A stretch of 64,000 nucleotides of DNA. Origin: Lingula anatina. Its lineage: Eukaryota > Animalia > Brachiopoda. The notes beneath the pieces are model-generated. The model worked only from the letters and a program-made list of their open reading frames with translations, was not told the origin of the DNA and did not search any database. Where the stretch lies: positions 9,548,001 to 9,612,000 of the forward strand of contig CM120647.1 of assembly GCA_051362555.1 (NCBI GenBank), written 5' to 3'. Shown here piece after piece: positions 1-14,202 of this stretch (its first letter is position 1; each line of letters begins with the position of its first letter). The translations under genes were made by a program, and so were the position numbers.

Positions 1-752
1 GGTTATACGTAGTTTTATCTAATAAGTGCGCACTGACCGGGGAAGTGATAAAAAAGAGAGAGAATTCAAAGAATAACATAAAAAGGAGACGTCTTGGGGT
101 ATATTCAACATGTCGCTATTTCCCCATTTTTTTCCATATGCCATTCCAGCCACACTGACGGACATGAACAAATTGTATCACAAACCCCGCCGAGACCGAC
201 ACAGGCGCATGTTTGCTTTCCAGCTACGTCCAACGCACGCCCCACCATACATACACTACTATCTTTCACCGTGCACAAATTTGTCCTAAAAGTCAGTTTA
301 CCTCTATTCCATTTTTCCACTGTGCACGACCTTTCTTTCTCGGTTGATATTTTTACAGGGGAAGGAAATAATGACATCTCGTTTATCAACAGCGAGAAAG
401 AACCCGCAGCGGCCATCAATTACATCTCGCCCTAAAATGGCACCAGGCGTGAAGGATTTCTATCCTTGTTGCCCCAGTGTATAGAATATTTGAATACTTA
501 AAAGTACGTGCCAAGAGCTGCTTTTTTGATGAGAAACGAACGTGATACTCGGTATCGCATTAAATCGCTCATAGTATCATAGTTTTGTCTAATCGGATGA
601 AAGCAAATCAATTAAATTACAAGCTCACACTTATTCGTCTACGTCTTATCCTTTCTCGTGCTGTGGGCCATTTTGAGCGCAAACGGCACTTTCGTTGTTA
701 AAAGTCAACAGATTTTGCAAAAGATAAAATGATGCTGTATAGATCATGCAAA

Positions 753-1007
753 TGCCCCAATCCAAGAGACACGTTCGGTCTACGTGGATCGATCCAACTT
801 CGAGGGGACTCTCGCTGAATGCAGCCAAACAGATTAACACGCCTCCTCCTGGTGTTGAGTAGAATGCAGAAAAACTGTGGATTATATATACGGGTACGTT
901 GGAAACAAGAGAATGCGTGTGAATCAGTTAAGCTGATTGCACTCAGCGAGAGTCCCTGCAGAGTTGGATTGATCTACGTACACTGATGGTGTCTATGGGA
1001 ATGGGGT
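753..1007. mobile_element. Palindromic MITE, family A (PIF/Harbinger-like)
   Basis: Inverted arms GCCCCAATCCAAGAGACAC..GGATCGATCCAACT..GACTCTCGCTGA; similar to the copies at 17449 and 31205. Confidence 0.8.
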
Positions 1008-3517
1008 ATAAGGTGCCGTTTGATTACAGTACGCCATGCAACTCGACACGACAACCCGAAACAACTGAATGAGAACGATACATTCGTTTGTCTATGAATG
1101 GTCAGCTAAGATCTGCGTCTTACCTCGTAGATACCTTTGACCATCTGTTGCATTGGCTTTATCCCCTAAAATCCTTTACTTCGCCTTCCATTAGGTCCAA
1201 TCGTCTAATATAGATACATGAGTGAGAGTGGAGCTGCAGCATTCGCCAAACTAACAGATTTTGGAATGGCCGTATATCGTACATGTAGTACTTAAAGTGA
1301 ACGTACATGGAGCATTGGCACAAGATGGCACCATCAGCGGATTTTACTGGCTGCATTGAAAAATCATCTGCTTCACACCTACCGTCATTTTGCAATGTAA
1401 GACATAAAAACACCTGATTATGAACACATTTCAAGGTAACTTTTTTTACATTTGGCTTAAGCAAAATAAATCATTGCATGCTCTTTCTGCGTTTCTACTT
1501 TGCGTAAGGTGCAAATATACTTGTAGCGGAGGTTGTCATCAAGTCTCAGAGGGTTTAAGACAATCTTCAACAAGGAATTTTAGACATTTTACGACATGAA
1601 ATACAAACCTGTATATAACGACAGGTATCTTTAAGAGAAATGCAATTCGTCCAGGCAATCGCTAGCAGCTGCTCTACAGGTACTTGTACGTTCTGCGTGC
1701 ATGGCTACACGGCTTAACAGCGTTCTCCTAGACTGATGCGTATTCGCGGTATTTTTACGCAGGCCGCTCCGTAAGATTTCAAGGACACGTTATACTTTAA
1801 AAACAGAAATCACACGTGAATAGCCGATTGCGATCTCTTTGAACAGTATACAGGATATACAGGTACTGCTTGTAGCTTTTCCTTATATTCTCTCTTATTA
1901 GATAAATTTATCCATTTATTACAAAAAAATAATAATAATAAATGGTGTCACTTCAAGAACGTGCGGAGCGTTTCTCGGAAAATTAAATCACGGGATTCCA
2001 TAACCCGCACTACTGTCACTTAAATCGAATGATTGATGTGCTTATTTAAATAAAACCGACCACCATTGTATAAAAAACAAAGGCTAATGTTATCTGTAAG
2101 TATCGATTTCAAGGAATTCAAGAAAGGTTTATATCCATCCCACTAGGGACAGCGTATTAAGAGTCCTATCAAGGCACATTTAATGTGTTTTAATCATGCA
2201 AAAATCACCTCATTTGCTTTCCATTTTCTCTATCTTCTGTTACATAAGCATTTTTTCTCCCCTATTTTGTGTGATTTTGAACCTTTGACTTGTTGCTATG
2301 ACTCTTCTCGCGCTTTACTGAGGGGGAGGGTGGATCCCATGCATTGACGCTGTTTCATTAAGATTCTATTGACTGATTCGCCTTATTTCTGGGGTTTTGT
2401 TCTATTATTCATAACGTGTTTATCATTGTTCTTTTATACTAGTGTGTTGTACTCTGTACGTTGAAAATAATACGTTGAGACAAAGAATTGTTCACACACA
2501 TGTACATGTACGTGTATATATTTCTACCTACTGCTTCATTAGTTATGAAAATTTCCATAATATTCAGCACACTCATTTATGTAAATGCTATATGGACCGG
2601 TAACCTAAATCACTGGAAATATTATTATTATTATTATTATTATTTGATGACAAACTACAGTACTTCACATCACTAAATGCTTGTGGATCTTTCAAAATAT
2701 ATGCACTCCTTTCTAGCATTTAAACTTACAAAAACTATTAGAAATGCAAATTTCCTTAAATACTACACAGACAGCTTCATGATGATAAAACTGCAAATTA
2801 CTCTGACAAAATAATTTTTTCACCACTCTCATTTTCTGGCTTTTGAATTAACCCTCAGGGGGGCTCATTTACAAGACGTCATTCTACGCGCATACTCCAC
2901 TTCTTCGATTCTAATAAAACCGACTTTTGTCACCAAGAGCTTAATCAATTGGGACAAATACGTACAACCATGAGTAAATTCGAAGACATTATAGAGCGAC
3001 ATGTCGTTAAGGTCAAGACAATGATATATGTAACATTGAAATAATGTATTTGGTCGGCGTAAAAATCCAATAACGCCTTACTGCTGCATCAGATTTGAAA
3101 AAAAAGGCACGCAGCACTGCTAACCCCTCATACGTTTAGACTTTATTGAATCGATTAGATATTAATGTCCAACGTTAATCTACTGGAACGCGACGAAATG
3201 CGATGCTTAATAAACATGATATAATCTGCTTTAATTGAATTTAACACTAACGCACCGTAGACCTTGAAGCAGTGGGGCGATCGATACGTTACGAGAACAT
3301 TCACCTTGCAGCCTACGCACACACCTGTGCATACACGCTGTTGGTTTCTAGCAACCCGGTAACTCTTACGCACCAAACCAACATAGCTTTGTTTCATGCA
3401 TAAAATACCCATAAATATCCATAAATCCAGTCTACAGTATATCCGGACAGTAGACGACAAAAAACAAAACGAATAATCCTTCCTCTCCTGGGATGGCCCA
3501 AATATCATTGAGACATA

Positions 3518-3732
3518 GACCCCATTCCCAGAGATTAGATCGATCCAAACTAGATCGACCTAACTCCCTGGGGGTTCACGCTAAATAGCTGTCAGTCGAG
3601 CGGACACGAAAGTTAATTACCCCCTAACAGCTTGTAGTAGGCGGGACGGACATTTAAGCCGGATTATCTGACAGTAATCTAGTGAGACTCCCTACGGGGA
3701 TAGATCGATCTAAAATCTATGGGAATACGCCC
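3518..3732. mobile_element. Palindromic MITE, family A (short subfamily)
   Basis: CCCCATTCCCA...TGGGAAT termini, and AGATCGATC motifs in both arms. Confidence 0.7.
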
Positions 3733-6700
3733 ATAAACATGTATGTATCTTGACACATTTTATGCATCGATCTAATTCCTACAATTGGCAATTTCAGGAA
3801 CTAGACCAGAGAAGCAGAACGGAACAATGCAAAAAAAGATGTGTAAGTTACGGATGGTTCCATACAAAGAACTTATCCCGATCACGTACTTTGATGATCT
3901 CCCCATTCATCCTCTAATGTAGAAGGCATCTGCTAGGCTTGCAATATATATTTGCATGGAACCGGATGCGTTTCACTAGAAAATTGTCATGCTAGGTTTC
4001 TTCGCCGCCAAAGCTGTGTTGCAAAAGTAAATATAATCCCTTCAAGTTCTCTTATCTTTTCCAGATTTCTAAAGCAGACCTATAAGGTAGACGACAAAGA
4101 GTGATAATAAAAGCCTGCTGCCGTTCCATTTTCTGACCCAACCACAAAAACAATGGTAGAACTGACCTAGCTGCTAAAAAAACTATACGTGTTTGATTTC
4201 TGCCCTGTATATTCTTACCTAACGCACCTAAGTGTATAATTGACTGCATAACAGTACGGATTGTTCGACTTTTGATTTCTATTATTTGGAACAAAAACAG
4301 TACATTTTCCGAAGCCAACTAACGCTGTGAGACCGCCTGACCTAGACCTGTAGCTAACAGCTATACCGCGGCCGTCCCTCATTTGATTATACTGCCTACT
4401 GAAAAATGCGTTGATCTATAGTATCAATTATTTAGACGCTGTAACGTCAATTTACCTTAATATAGAACAATTATTGTCTGACATCTTTATGCTAAAATAT
4501 AGGCTATATGGACGAAATACTAACCCATGGCGTTATAGCCACTACCTGTGTTTACTCGAACAGGTGCGACTCCCGTGTTGTAAATAAATAAACAAATCAA
4601 TAAACAAGCCCAGCGATCACTTATAGAGCTGACATAATGGCAATTAACAAACCGCTTGGAGCCCGATATTGTAAATAAAGATAACCATATTACAAGATCT
4701 GCTCCAAAGGGCAGCCGAGGTTGGAAGCATATTGGTACCCAAATTATTCCGTAATGCCTTCCATCTGCTTTGCCCCAAGGGGGATATTATTCTTAGGACT
4801 CTCTTCAATTTATTGCTTTACCCCAGTACCTGTGCACCATTATCTGTTTCACCTCTTCAGGACCCTCACGGGCTCGTTCACACTTCCTTGTCGATCCTTC
4901 ATGACCCTCTGTGTTGGTCTAGAACTGGTTTTCCTGCACTTCAGGGGGGTTTGGGGGGGGTTCTCGCTTTTGATAGGGGGAAGAAAAATAATGCTATTTG
5001 TTCCACTTTTAAGTCGCTATAATTTCTTAAAGTTATATCAGTTGTGCTTTAAATAAGATTTCTGCTTCAATTAACAGAGTTGGTCCTTCAATTCTCAATG
5101 ATAAAGGACATTGTGTCAAGTTTCTTTTAATGCATGCGCCCAAACCATGCACTCAGAACAGCCCCAAAACGTACAATGTACAATGTACAACGTGTACTGC
5201 AGATTTCAGTCCTATCCAGATCGATAGAAAAACATGTTTATGGCCATGTTTGGGCACAAAAGGTGATTGTTACAAGTTAAAATGTGTGGACCAAGTGATG
5301 CAATACATGTGAATACCGGTTCCTACATGTCTCAAATGTTCCCCTTCCAGTTAAGACATTTCAAAGTGACTCTGCGCCGCTCCTGGACCTCAAACCGATC
5401 CAGGCCCTGCATATAGACTTCAACTTGCCTACAGTGTAAACTTAGACTTCGATTAAAATTGAATTTTCGATTAGTCTCGCTGTCCCGCCAATGTGTTATT
5501 TTTGCATACACTTATGCCAAACCTGTGTTGGATAAGATAAAAGAAAGCGTTTTTACCGTGTAAAATCGATCTTCTCTCCCTGCTTTCGTTTATCGTGTGT
5601 GTGCCTTGATTTCACATTAAATATTACCTTTCATTAAAAACACAATATCATGCTAGAGAAAGAATAACACTATTGACGGTAGTATTGGCTGATGCGTCGG
5701 TTTGAGGGAGGTGGCTAAATTCAATAGAGGCCTTTTTCATTCTACTTGAGCATGTGTATCAAACGCCAAATCAACGTAAGCTCAATGAAGAAAAATGTAT
5801 TAATTAACTTAGAATCCTCATATTTTCAAGCTATAAAATAAGCCATTTCATTTACAGCGCTTGCAATGTTCAAACACCGGTCTTTAATTGAAATGCATCT
5901 GAATAACGTCGCCATTCCATTTGGTTGTTAAAATAGGACTATAGGGATATGATTGTTTAGCACAAAAGTATCTTAATGTAACTAATTGCAAAAAAAAGAA
6001 ATAAAAATAGTATGTCATCGGCCTAGAAGTCGCCACATTTAGTATGACTGCATGGAACATGCATTTCACTCAAGGACTGCATATATGGCAGTGTCCATTG
6101 CTGACTACCATCAGATATCCGACTGGGCACCATTCATCGTATATTATCGTATATTGTTCTTATTAAATGTGTGTAACAATATATTACAGGGGGTATCTCA
6201 CCTCCTACTGCGTGTTAATAAAATTCGGTAACTTAATTTAGAAATCGCTGCACGAAAACATAACTACCTTAATTGCTTCAGCATATCCGTTCCGCTTCAA
6301 TACAAGGAGTTTAAAATCTTCCTTTTTGTCATCTCTATAGGGGGATCACAGCCGACGGTCATCCTACAACTGACCGCTGTCCAGTATTGTCCGTGCACAT
6401 AAGCTATGTAGATATATATCTTATATGTGAAATTGGCTGAAACCATCTAAGAACACTCAAAACCAATGCCGTGAAAGTTATGCATTGCGCATTAAATCGC
6501 AGTCTCCACACACTGTGTAGCTATGGCTGTACATCATTAAATGGACCGACGAAATTAATAGACTGCAAGCTCTTTCTGTTATGCTTTCTTACTCTGTAAA
6601 ACCTACAGTGCACATTTGGTTTTCAGGGGTTGGTTTCTCTGCCAGGTTGTGTTAATGAGGTGTGAGTAAAGGTGAAGGTCACGACATGGCAAATGTATGT

Positions 6701-6796
6701 ACTAGTACATGTATCAGTCCACGTGCACCTTTGCCCCCCTCCCACCCCCACCCCACCTCACACACATACTTTTATGGTAGGACACCATTCCTGCAT

Positions 6797-6883
6797 ATAC
6801 CAGTGCTTGCTATACTTATATATTGCTATACCAGTGCTTGCTATACTTATATATTGCTATACCAGTGCTTGCTATACTTATAT
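6797..6883 (+). repeat. 31-bp tandem repeat, ~2.8 copies
   Basis: ATACCAGTGCTTGCTATACTTATATATTGCT with period 31. Confidence 0.92.
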
Positions 6884-9800
6884 GAACACCCAGAGAAGCA
6901 CAACAGTACAGGCAGAACCATACCATCAAGAAGGTATAGGTTCATTGTTTACAAAATCATCTGAACTTTATCATCCGCCTCCTGTAATCTTTTCATCTGA
7001 TTTCTTCCGTTTTGGGGAGTTTGGGGGACTGACTGGACAAGTTGATTTAAAAAAGGGTGAATCAAGGTCCTTTTCCAGACGAACGATACACTTAACTGGA
7101 GCGGTACAGTTTGACGTATTTGCGTTACCAATCACACGAGATGAAAATGAACGTGAGCGTAATAACAGGAACAGCCTGCAAATATAGGCTTTCCGAAAAG
7201 AAATTAGATACGGTATATGGATGCAACAAGTGAGTGGGGACCTGAGACATTATCAGGGACACAATCCTTTAAATCATCCTTGGTACATATTCGTACATGG
7301 ATCATGGGATATGAAAATTTTTATCCAACTGAACCGGGACACAAAGTCGATAAAATGTCGTGACAGAGTTCTGTCAATCAGGCAATGGCGTGAAAGCACA
7401 TTTCCAAATCAATAATCACCGATAATCAATGCACCAGTATAACATGACCTGATTCGGTATACGAGTAGCTTCAAAACGCACCGTAAGCAATATGGCTGAC
7501 ATCCCGCAGAAACTATAGGACGACTACCACTTCGATACTGCTGTAAAAATTCCGTCAGCTGTACGAGTTATGTATTAGTACCAATACAGCTTTTTTTTTC
7601 AAAATAAAGGACAAAATAAAGAACTTTAATCAGGGTTATTTCCATTCCACTATTTTGGTGTCGTTCGAATCAAATTCAATGCAGCCAAGCTACCAAGCTA
7701 AACAAAAAATGATTGATTTTTCATGTTATGTATTGTGATCTATTTTTGCTAAAATAACATAACACAGAATAAAGCCTGATATACCCGTTTTGAGACCGGA
7801 ATGTAAACTCAGCAACACAACGACATATATATACAGAAATAATGTAAAACCTGGAAAAATATGGGGTCCCCTAAGACCTATAAATATTGGATTACACGGG
7901 CGATAAACCATATTTCTGTGCATTTGAAACGACCTAGTGGTGTGCGGTAAGAATATAAGTAAAAGCCCATGTGCAAAACACACAAAACGAATCAACACGG
8001 CTTCTTGGACCAATTTACTTAACTCAAAAAACTCTTGCGCGTTTCAAGAAACCAAAACTGAAAGCCCATTAAATATCTGCCGATGTTATGCGGACATAAA
8101 GACATAACTGGTATTGCGAATGTAAAATTTCCTAAGCAAATATGCATATTATGCATAAATTAGCCTATCACTCAGCAGAACGGATGTTTAACTCACGTTG
8201 GTTTTTAGCTCCGGATCTTTGAAAACCGCCAACTAACGAGACTCAGGGTTCGCTAGCCTTACCTGGGGGTCCAGTCTCTCCGGTCCGCAGAATTGTTGCC
8301 ATTGTATTAGCTGCAAAAGCATCTCCGATTAGTTATTTCTCCCTCGGCTTTCAAAATCTGGACGTTCGCCTACCAAACATAATATTCCAGAGTCCCACGG
8401 GGCACAGAAAGTCGATAATGATAGAAAATGAATTCAGGAAGTCGACCAGTACCTTTGTGTCCGTCTCGACATGGTTAGTGTATGTGTAAGAATCTATTTG
8501 TTGAACTCCTCGGTCTCGTCTCCTTGGGAGATTATCTTGGGGTTTAAACCCTACTCAAGCCTACTCAACTATCTCTTAACTGTTCCTTTACATTTTGACC
8601 CTTCGGTGTACGGTGTGGCATCGGCACATTTTATGTTACCCTTCAAGATCTCCTCAGAATCTAAAAATCCTATTGTGTGCTGTGAATTAACGTTGCGGCT
8701 TGCTCAGCCGCAGGCTTTTGAGAACCAGCTATATATATTAGCCCTTTCCATTAAAATTATCAACACGTTGCTTTGCAGGAACGCCGGCTTCAAAGCTGAT
8801 GACATTTGCCACGCGAGTCCTTATCAGTTTCGGAACATCCTCAAAACCGTCACGGGACGCCAAACTAATTCGTAACACTAATGCGCGACACGATCGTGGT
8901 TCCTGAAACGATTCGCATTGTCAGAAGCAGCAGCATGAAAGGATATAACTGTCAAAACAGGCCGATGTCACTTATTAACTGGCTGCAGACATTTGCTATT
9001 GTCTCTTGGCCGGGCTGTTGTTGTTGTTGTTCATCATATTTACCTTGATTGAAGCAGCTAGCATATCTGGATTATTGTTCAATTACCTCTACTGTAGCCC
9101 TAAATGAGAAGGCATAAATATCCCAGTTCAATAAATTGTCGTCGTTGTGCAAGGCACGGAGAAGAATGAAGTCTTCTCACGTAACCGATTCCAGAGAACC
9201 AAACCCAGCACAGGTGTTTATGAACTGATCTGAAAAAACTGTTTCCCATTGCATTGGGTTGGTTCTGGTTCTGGTTTGGCTGCAAACAGCCAACAGCTAT
9301 CCAGTCCGACTTGAAAGTTCGTCCAAAAAAAAGTGCAGAGGTTTATCGACAGTTTATGTTGTCCTTTCGTCTAATGTGGTTATTATAAACCTACCTCAAA
9401 TAGTTCAGTTGTTGTTGTTGTTGTTGCCATTAAGTCTAATAGTGATTCTGACACGTCGGGGTCACCTGTGATTAAACGGTGTCACATAATCTACCTGTAG
9501 CGTCGTGTCAGTGACATTTAATACGCGTCACCTTCAGTGTCCCCGTTTCTGAACACAGTCATCTCATGAAAGTACATCTGAGAAGTGTCACTGGCACTAT
9601 AATCACCTTACACAATTACACTGCTTCTCGTATGGCACTTATGGGATACCCAACTGTCAGTGGCCGTTGTTGTTGCTACACAAGTTTACGACAGATGATC
9701 AACACATGGATCAATGGCGACAGCTCGGTGGAAAACTTGCTAAATGGGTTCTGGTTGACCCGCTATGTATACAGAGACACGGATCAGCGCTGATTGCTGA

Positions 9801-12161
9801 GCATCCCTGTGTTAATTACTCTCGAGGTTTTAAAAATGGCTCGGGTTGGTAATCAATGCCGGTGACAAGCGAGGCCATTGTTAGCGTTACCGGCCGCCTT
9901 AAACAAGTCTGTCGAAACGTCGATATGCTCTCTCTTGATCGCGGGCCGTGAAAAATCAACGTTGCATTGGAGGGAGGCTAAAGGTCCGGTCGTTAATAGC
10001 TTCAATTGGCTATGCTCTCTACTCAACCCATACAAATGACCGCGTTAAGCTGCGGATCGAGCGAAAGTGAGGAGTTTACCAACTTCCTGTTTTGAAATGG
10101 GATGAACGTCTCGTAAAGGGGCGTGTGCAACGCCAGTTCAGTTAATGCGGTCAGTAAACTTACAGCTCAAAGAACCAGGGTGTTAAGAACAACCAACGCA
10201 ATCCTATTCCCGTAAAAACCGACAGCAATTAAGGCATGCAGATGGAAGGTTGGGGCAAATGCACACATTCCCTGGCGTCACATTGCATTCATGCCGTATA
10301 TTTCCTGATATTTCACGTCTTGAAACTTGTTTTGTCAAGCCGGCGCTGAACGCGTCCGACCGTGGCGCTCCAGTTTGTACACTTGCGTAACCACATGGCG
10401 GCAAGCGGCCGTAATCGCTGTGTAATACCGGTATTTGTACGGTCAGGTATGGTACTTCATGTATAGTCGAGTGGGTATGGCTGGGAAAGCGAGAGCCAGA
10501 AACTCGAACCAGAACCAGTGAATGAGGTTATGGCAGCAATCTAAAGGGGCGTGAAATTAGTACCATGTTAAAGACATGTTGTTGAGGAGAGAGAGAGAAA
10601 GAGAGAATGAGAGATCTTAACATGCAAACGGTTCGCTCACAAATATAACACGCTCGCAGGGAGAACTTGCGAGAGGAGAGACAGAGGGCGACGATTATTT
10701 GAGGTAGGAGGTATAAAATAGTATTAAACTCCAAAACCATTGGTTTTGGAAGGGGGAGAAAATTAGTTGCGCAGTAGCTGTAGGTGCCAAACAATTACCC
10801 AACATATTAAAAAAACACGTATGCCATCAGTTAGGTTGCACGGCGAAATAAATGAGCAAAAAATCCATCATCACTTATTATCACCATTTAGTGATTACGT
10901 TACTTAACGTGATACATCAATTTATTTACGCATGCGTTCCATACTATTGTTTTCATCAATACCAGTACGACCTTGGCTTTGATCGAAACTAGCATTGTTC
11001 CCATTTTAGCGGAGACGATGCATTTGTCTCAGTGCTTGTGACCGCAGTATCCATTTCGCTACCAGCGATTGCTCTGATTGGTTAGTTCTAAAAGCTTCCA
11101 GTCAAAAATAGAATTAAATCTACTTAAAATATCTCGGTTGCTCTTTCCTTTTTCAAATACATCATTTGCCCCAGTCACTTCTATTCATAATTCCCTTCTT
11201 CATTCACTCATTGGTAACATCTTTAAAAGATGAATAAACCATAAAATTGCACGTTTAAAAAGACGTTAGTTTTCATGAAACCAGATCAACTCACATTCGT
11301 TCAAGACACCAATGCAAGTAGTTAAGTAGGTCCCAAACGCTGAAATCATCTAAAATTTATGTAATTGGGGTTGCTACTTTTTTCGCACGCAAAAGTCAAT
11401 ATTTTGTACACCTTAAACGACTACTACGTACATGAAATAAATTATAGCGTGGCTTTTTATATCGATCAACATTCATTCGGATTCATTCCTTAAGGAAGCC
11501 TTGACACACCAGACATTCAAAGCGTTCCCTCCCCCTTGCAGCATGTTGGTTCTTCGCTGTCAATGCTTGCGTTGTTTATATAACATAAATGATTGAAATG
11601 TGTGTCAGTTTTGGAAGTGAGGCTTCATCTTCAACGTGTTTAAGAGGATCTTGGTTAATCATGCAGAGAGAGAGAGAAAGAGAGAGAGACGGCTGAAGAG
11701 ACAGAGTTAGAGACCATAAAATCGAAAGTGTTCAATAGAGATTTATAATAAATCAAGCTACGTGATATCCGCATAAAGGGCCATTGTCAAGCAACAATTC
11801 TGTCTATCTTTCCATAGGCTACATTGCACACGGACATGTCTATATCACTAATTCTCTGCTTGAAAACCGAGAAATTGTGACTTAAATTTCCTCTTCCAGC
11901 CGCTGGAGAGCACTAAGTCTCAATTACACACTCAACGGCTTAATTTGATTTGCGTCGGCTAGATTACCCATTGACCTTCCTACCGAGAATGCCGATACTA
12001 TTTTAACCCCCTGTTCCTGCTTCTCAAGGCTAAATTGATTGCGAACGACAGCCGATACATTATTGCTACATCTTTTAGGGTTGTTTTTTTATGCTGGGAA
12101 AATTTTGAAGGAATGCTTCTCGTGAGGGCCAATTCCTCACTCGTTCCAGCGTTTTTGCCCC

Positions 12162-12222
<61 letters not shown>
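12162..12222 (+). repeat. (TAAC)n-(CT)n microsatellite
   Basis: Direct reading. Confidence 0.9.
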
Positions 12223-12363
12223 ATCAAACTTAGGAACATTAACCGATAATAAAAAACGATACAGAATTCTGATCGATATTGCTGTGCATCCATAGCATAT
12301 TAAAAATAAGCAGTGTTGGAAAACATTCCAAATTAATTGAAACACAAACTGACCCAGCGTTCC

Positions 12364-12605
12364 ATTATCTCCGCCGGAAAAGTAGCACTTACGTTTCCGT
12401 TTTTATGTCTGTCCGTTTCTCAAGGGCCTAATTTAAAACGTTACGAATGGTTTTTGATAAAACAAAGTGTTAGGATAGGTCAGAAACGTGCTAGTCCAAC
12501 TGTGACTATATTTTGGTGATGATCCATTTATTAATGAATGATTAATAATTACCTAATTATTTGTCTTGGCGGAGGTCTTCGCTGCCTGAGTGCATTTTTC
12601 TTGTT
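12364..12605 (+). mobile_element. Helentron-associated interspersed element (HINE/DINE-1-like), decayed
   Basis: Subterminal inverted repeat ATCTCCGCC / GGCGGAGGT, a GTCTGTCCGT microsatellite remnant, and a 3' end TTGGCGGAGGTCTTCGCTGCCTGAGTGCATTTTTCTTGTT. This matches the known HINE layout. Confidence 0.6.
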
Positions 12606-12737
12606 CTAACTAAAATTGAAAGCAATTCTAAAAAGTACATATTTGTTGAAAATCTGTTTAAAGTGCTCTAAGTAAACCTATCTCAGCGGAATTCAAACTG
12701 TAAAGACGACAATTAAAACCGCTCAAGGCTTAGAGAC

Positions 12738-12822
12738 AGATGACGTCACAAGACTACAATATAAATTGATTAAGTATAAAAATAGAAATTAGCTTATTTA
12801 TCAGATTATAAACCGTCGCTCC

Positions 12823-12866
<44 letters not shown>

Positions 12867-12954
12867 ATGACGTCACAAGAGGACTATATTAACTATGATT
12901 TAATATATAGAAATAGAAATTGGCTTATTTAGCAGATTGCAGACCGTTGCTCCA

Positions 12955-13001
<47 letters not shown>

Positions 13002-13107
13002 ATGGCGTCACAAGAGAGCTATATTAATTGATTTAGTATATAGAAATAGAAATTGGCTTATTTAGCAGATTGTAGACCTTCGCTCCACCCCACCACCACA
13101 CACTCCC

Positions 13108-13146
<39 letters not shown>
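12738..13146 (+). repeat. Three-unit minisatellite (~130-145 bp), each unit ending in (CT)n
   Basis: CAGATGACGTCACAAGA...AATAGAAATT.GCTTATTT..CAGATT...GCTCCACCC(CT)n repeated three times. Confidence 0.9.
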
Positions 13147-13148
<2 letters not shown>

Positions 13149-13523
13149 ATGTACAGAACCAAGCTGGGCAGCATGTTTGCAATGATACAGAAGTACTCCC
13201 ATAGCACATGGATAGCATTGAACTCTAATCTGAAGTTAAAACATCTTTCTAGAACGATACTTAAGACATCACAGCTGCATTATTGAGTACACAGCTTTCC
13301 TTTGATGTCTAAAACGATATGCAGAATAAGAAAAACAAAAATGCATGTACATAATGGATAAGTTAGGCCAAACAAAATTGATAATTTGGTTAAAGAAGTC
13401 GATGTTAGCAAGGTATGGTAGGCAAAATTAAACTTTGCCCTTGTCTTTTGTCATATGATGCCTTAAGTTTATCTACAGTAGCTTAATTGTCGGGTTGAGC
13501 ACCCTTTATTATAATTTTTATAT

Positions 13524-13554
<31 letters not shown>

Positions 13555-14040
13555 TCAAATCCACTACGTGTTCCATTTTGGACCACACAAGCATATTCTT
13601 CATAATGGGGCCATTTTAAAGATATCCTCTCTTATGAAACCAATACCGCAATGCAAGTTCCGTTTGAAAAAAGTCTTCAACATTTTACTCAAAACGACGG
13701 GTCGGTCCCGCTCTTTAACCAGCTTCTCGTTTTTTTTTCTGGCCTTAACTTGATAAATATCTGGTCTGGAAATAATGGAAGGCGAAATACATCATTTCTG
13801 ACACCCGTCCACAGGTGTGCAGGGTCTGTGAAGCACCTGTTATCCCAATGTGCCGTTAGACCTGGTTACACATGAAAAAAATAGTGCAACGCTTCGCTCC
13901 GGGGGCGCAACGAAATAGAGCAATAAAGGCGATACCTGTACATGTATGCCAGTTTTGTTCTTTGTGCTTGAATCTGTACCTCTGCATTTTCCCTAACAAC
14001 CTTACCTCAAACACTAACGACGTTTTGTCGAATAGCGGCG

Positions 14041-14202
14041 AACCGGTGTAACAGGAATGGAAGTCCGCTAGGAACCGTAGTCCGCTTCCCATTACTTTGT
14101 ACTGGTGACATTAGACCCATACACTAATCCCAATACTCCAACTAACCCTAACCTGTACTTTTTTATATGGGATCCCGGACTGCCATTCCTGCCACACAGG
14201 TT
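14041..14202. mobile_element. Small MITE with ~27-bp imperfect TIRs and internal CTAACC-like repeats
   Basis: AACCGGTGTAACAGGAATGGAAGTCCG versus CGGACTGCCATTCCTGCCACACAGGTT, with internal CTAATCC/CTAACCCTAACC. Confidence 0.5.

Noticed and set aside
94-435. Overlapping 113-aa and 104-aa ORFs at the window start
   Set aside because: No recognisable domain or convincing splice context.
5290-5430. Minus-strand QVEVYMQGLDRFEVQERRRVTLKC resembling an Ig-domain start
   Set aside because: Stop codons follow within a few codons, and there is no correctly spaced second Cys motif.
6662-7187. 171-aa and 100-aa plus-strand ORFs
   Set aside because: Non-ATG starts, partly made of the 31-bp repeat, and no recognisable domain.
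8453-8472. MSRRTQ resembling the NuRD-binding MSRRKQ motif
   Set aside because: The critical Lys and downstream Pro are absent, and no zinc-finger exons are seen in the window.
12738-13146. Repeat-spacer-like pattern (CRISPR?)
   Set aside because: Whole units are homologous, there are no unique spacers or cas genes, and the context is eukaryotic.
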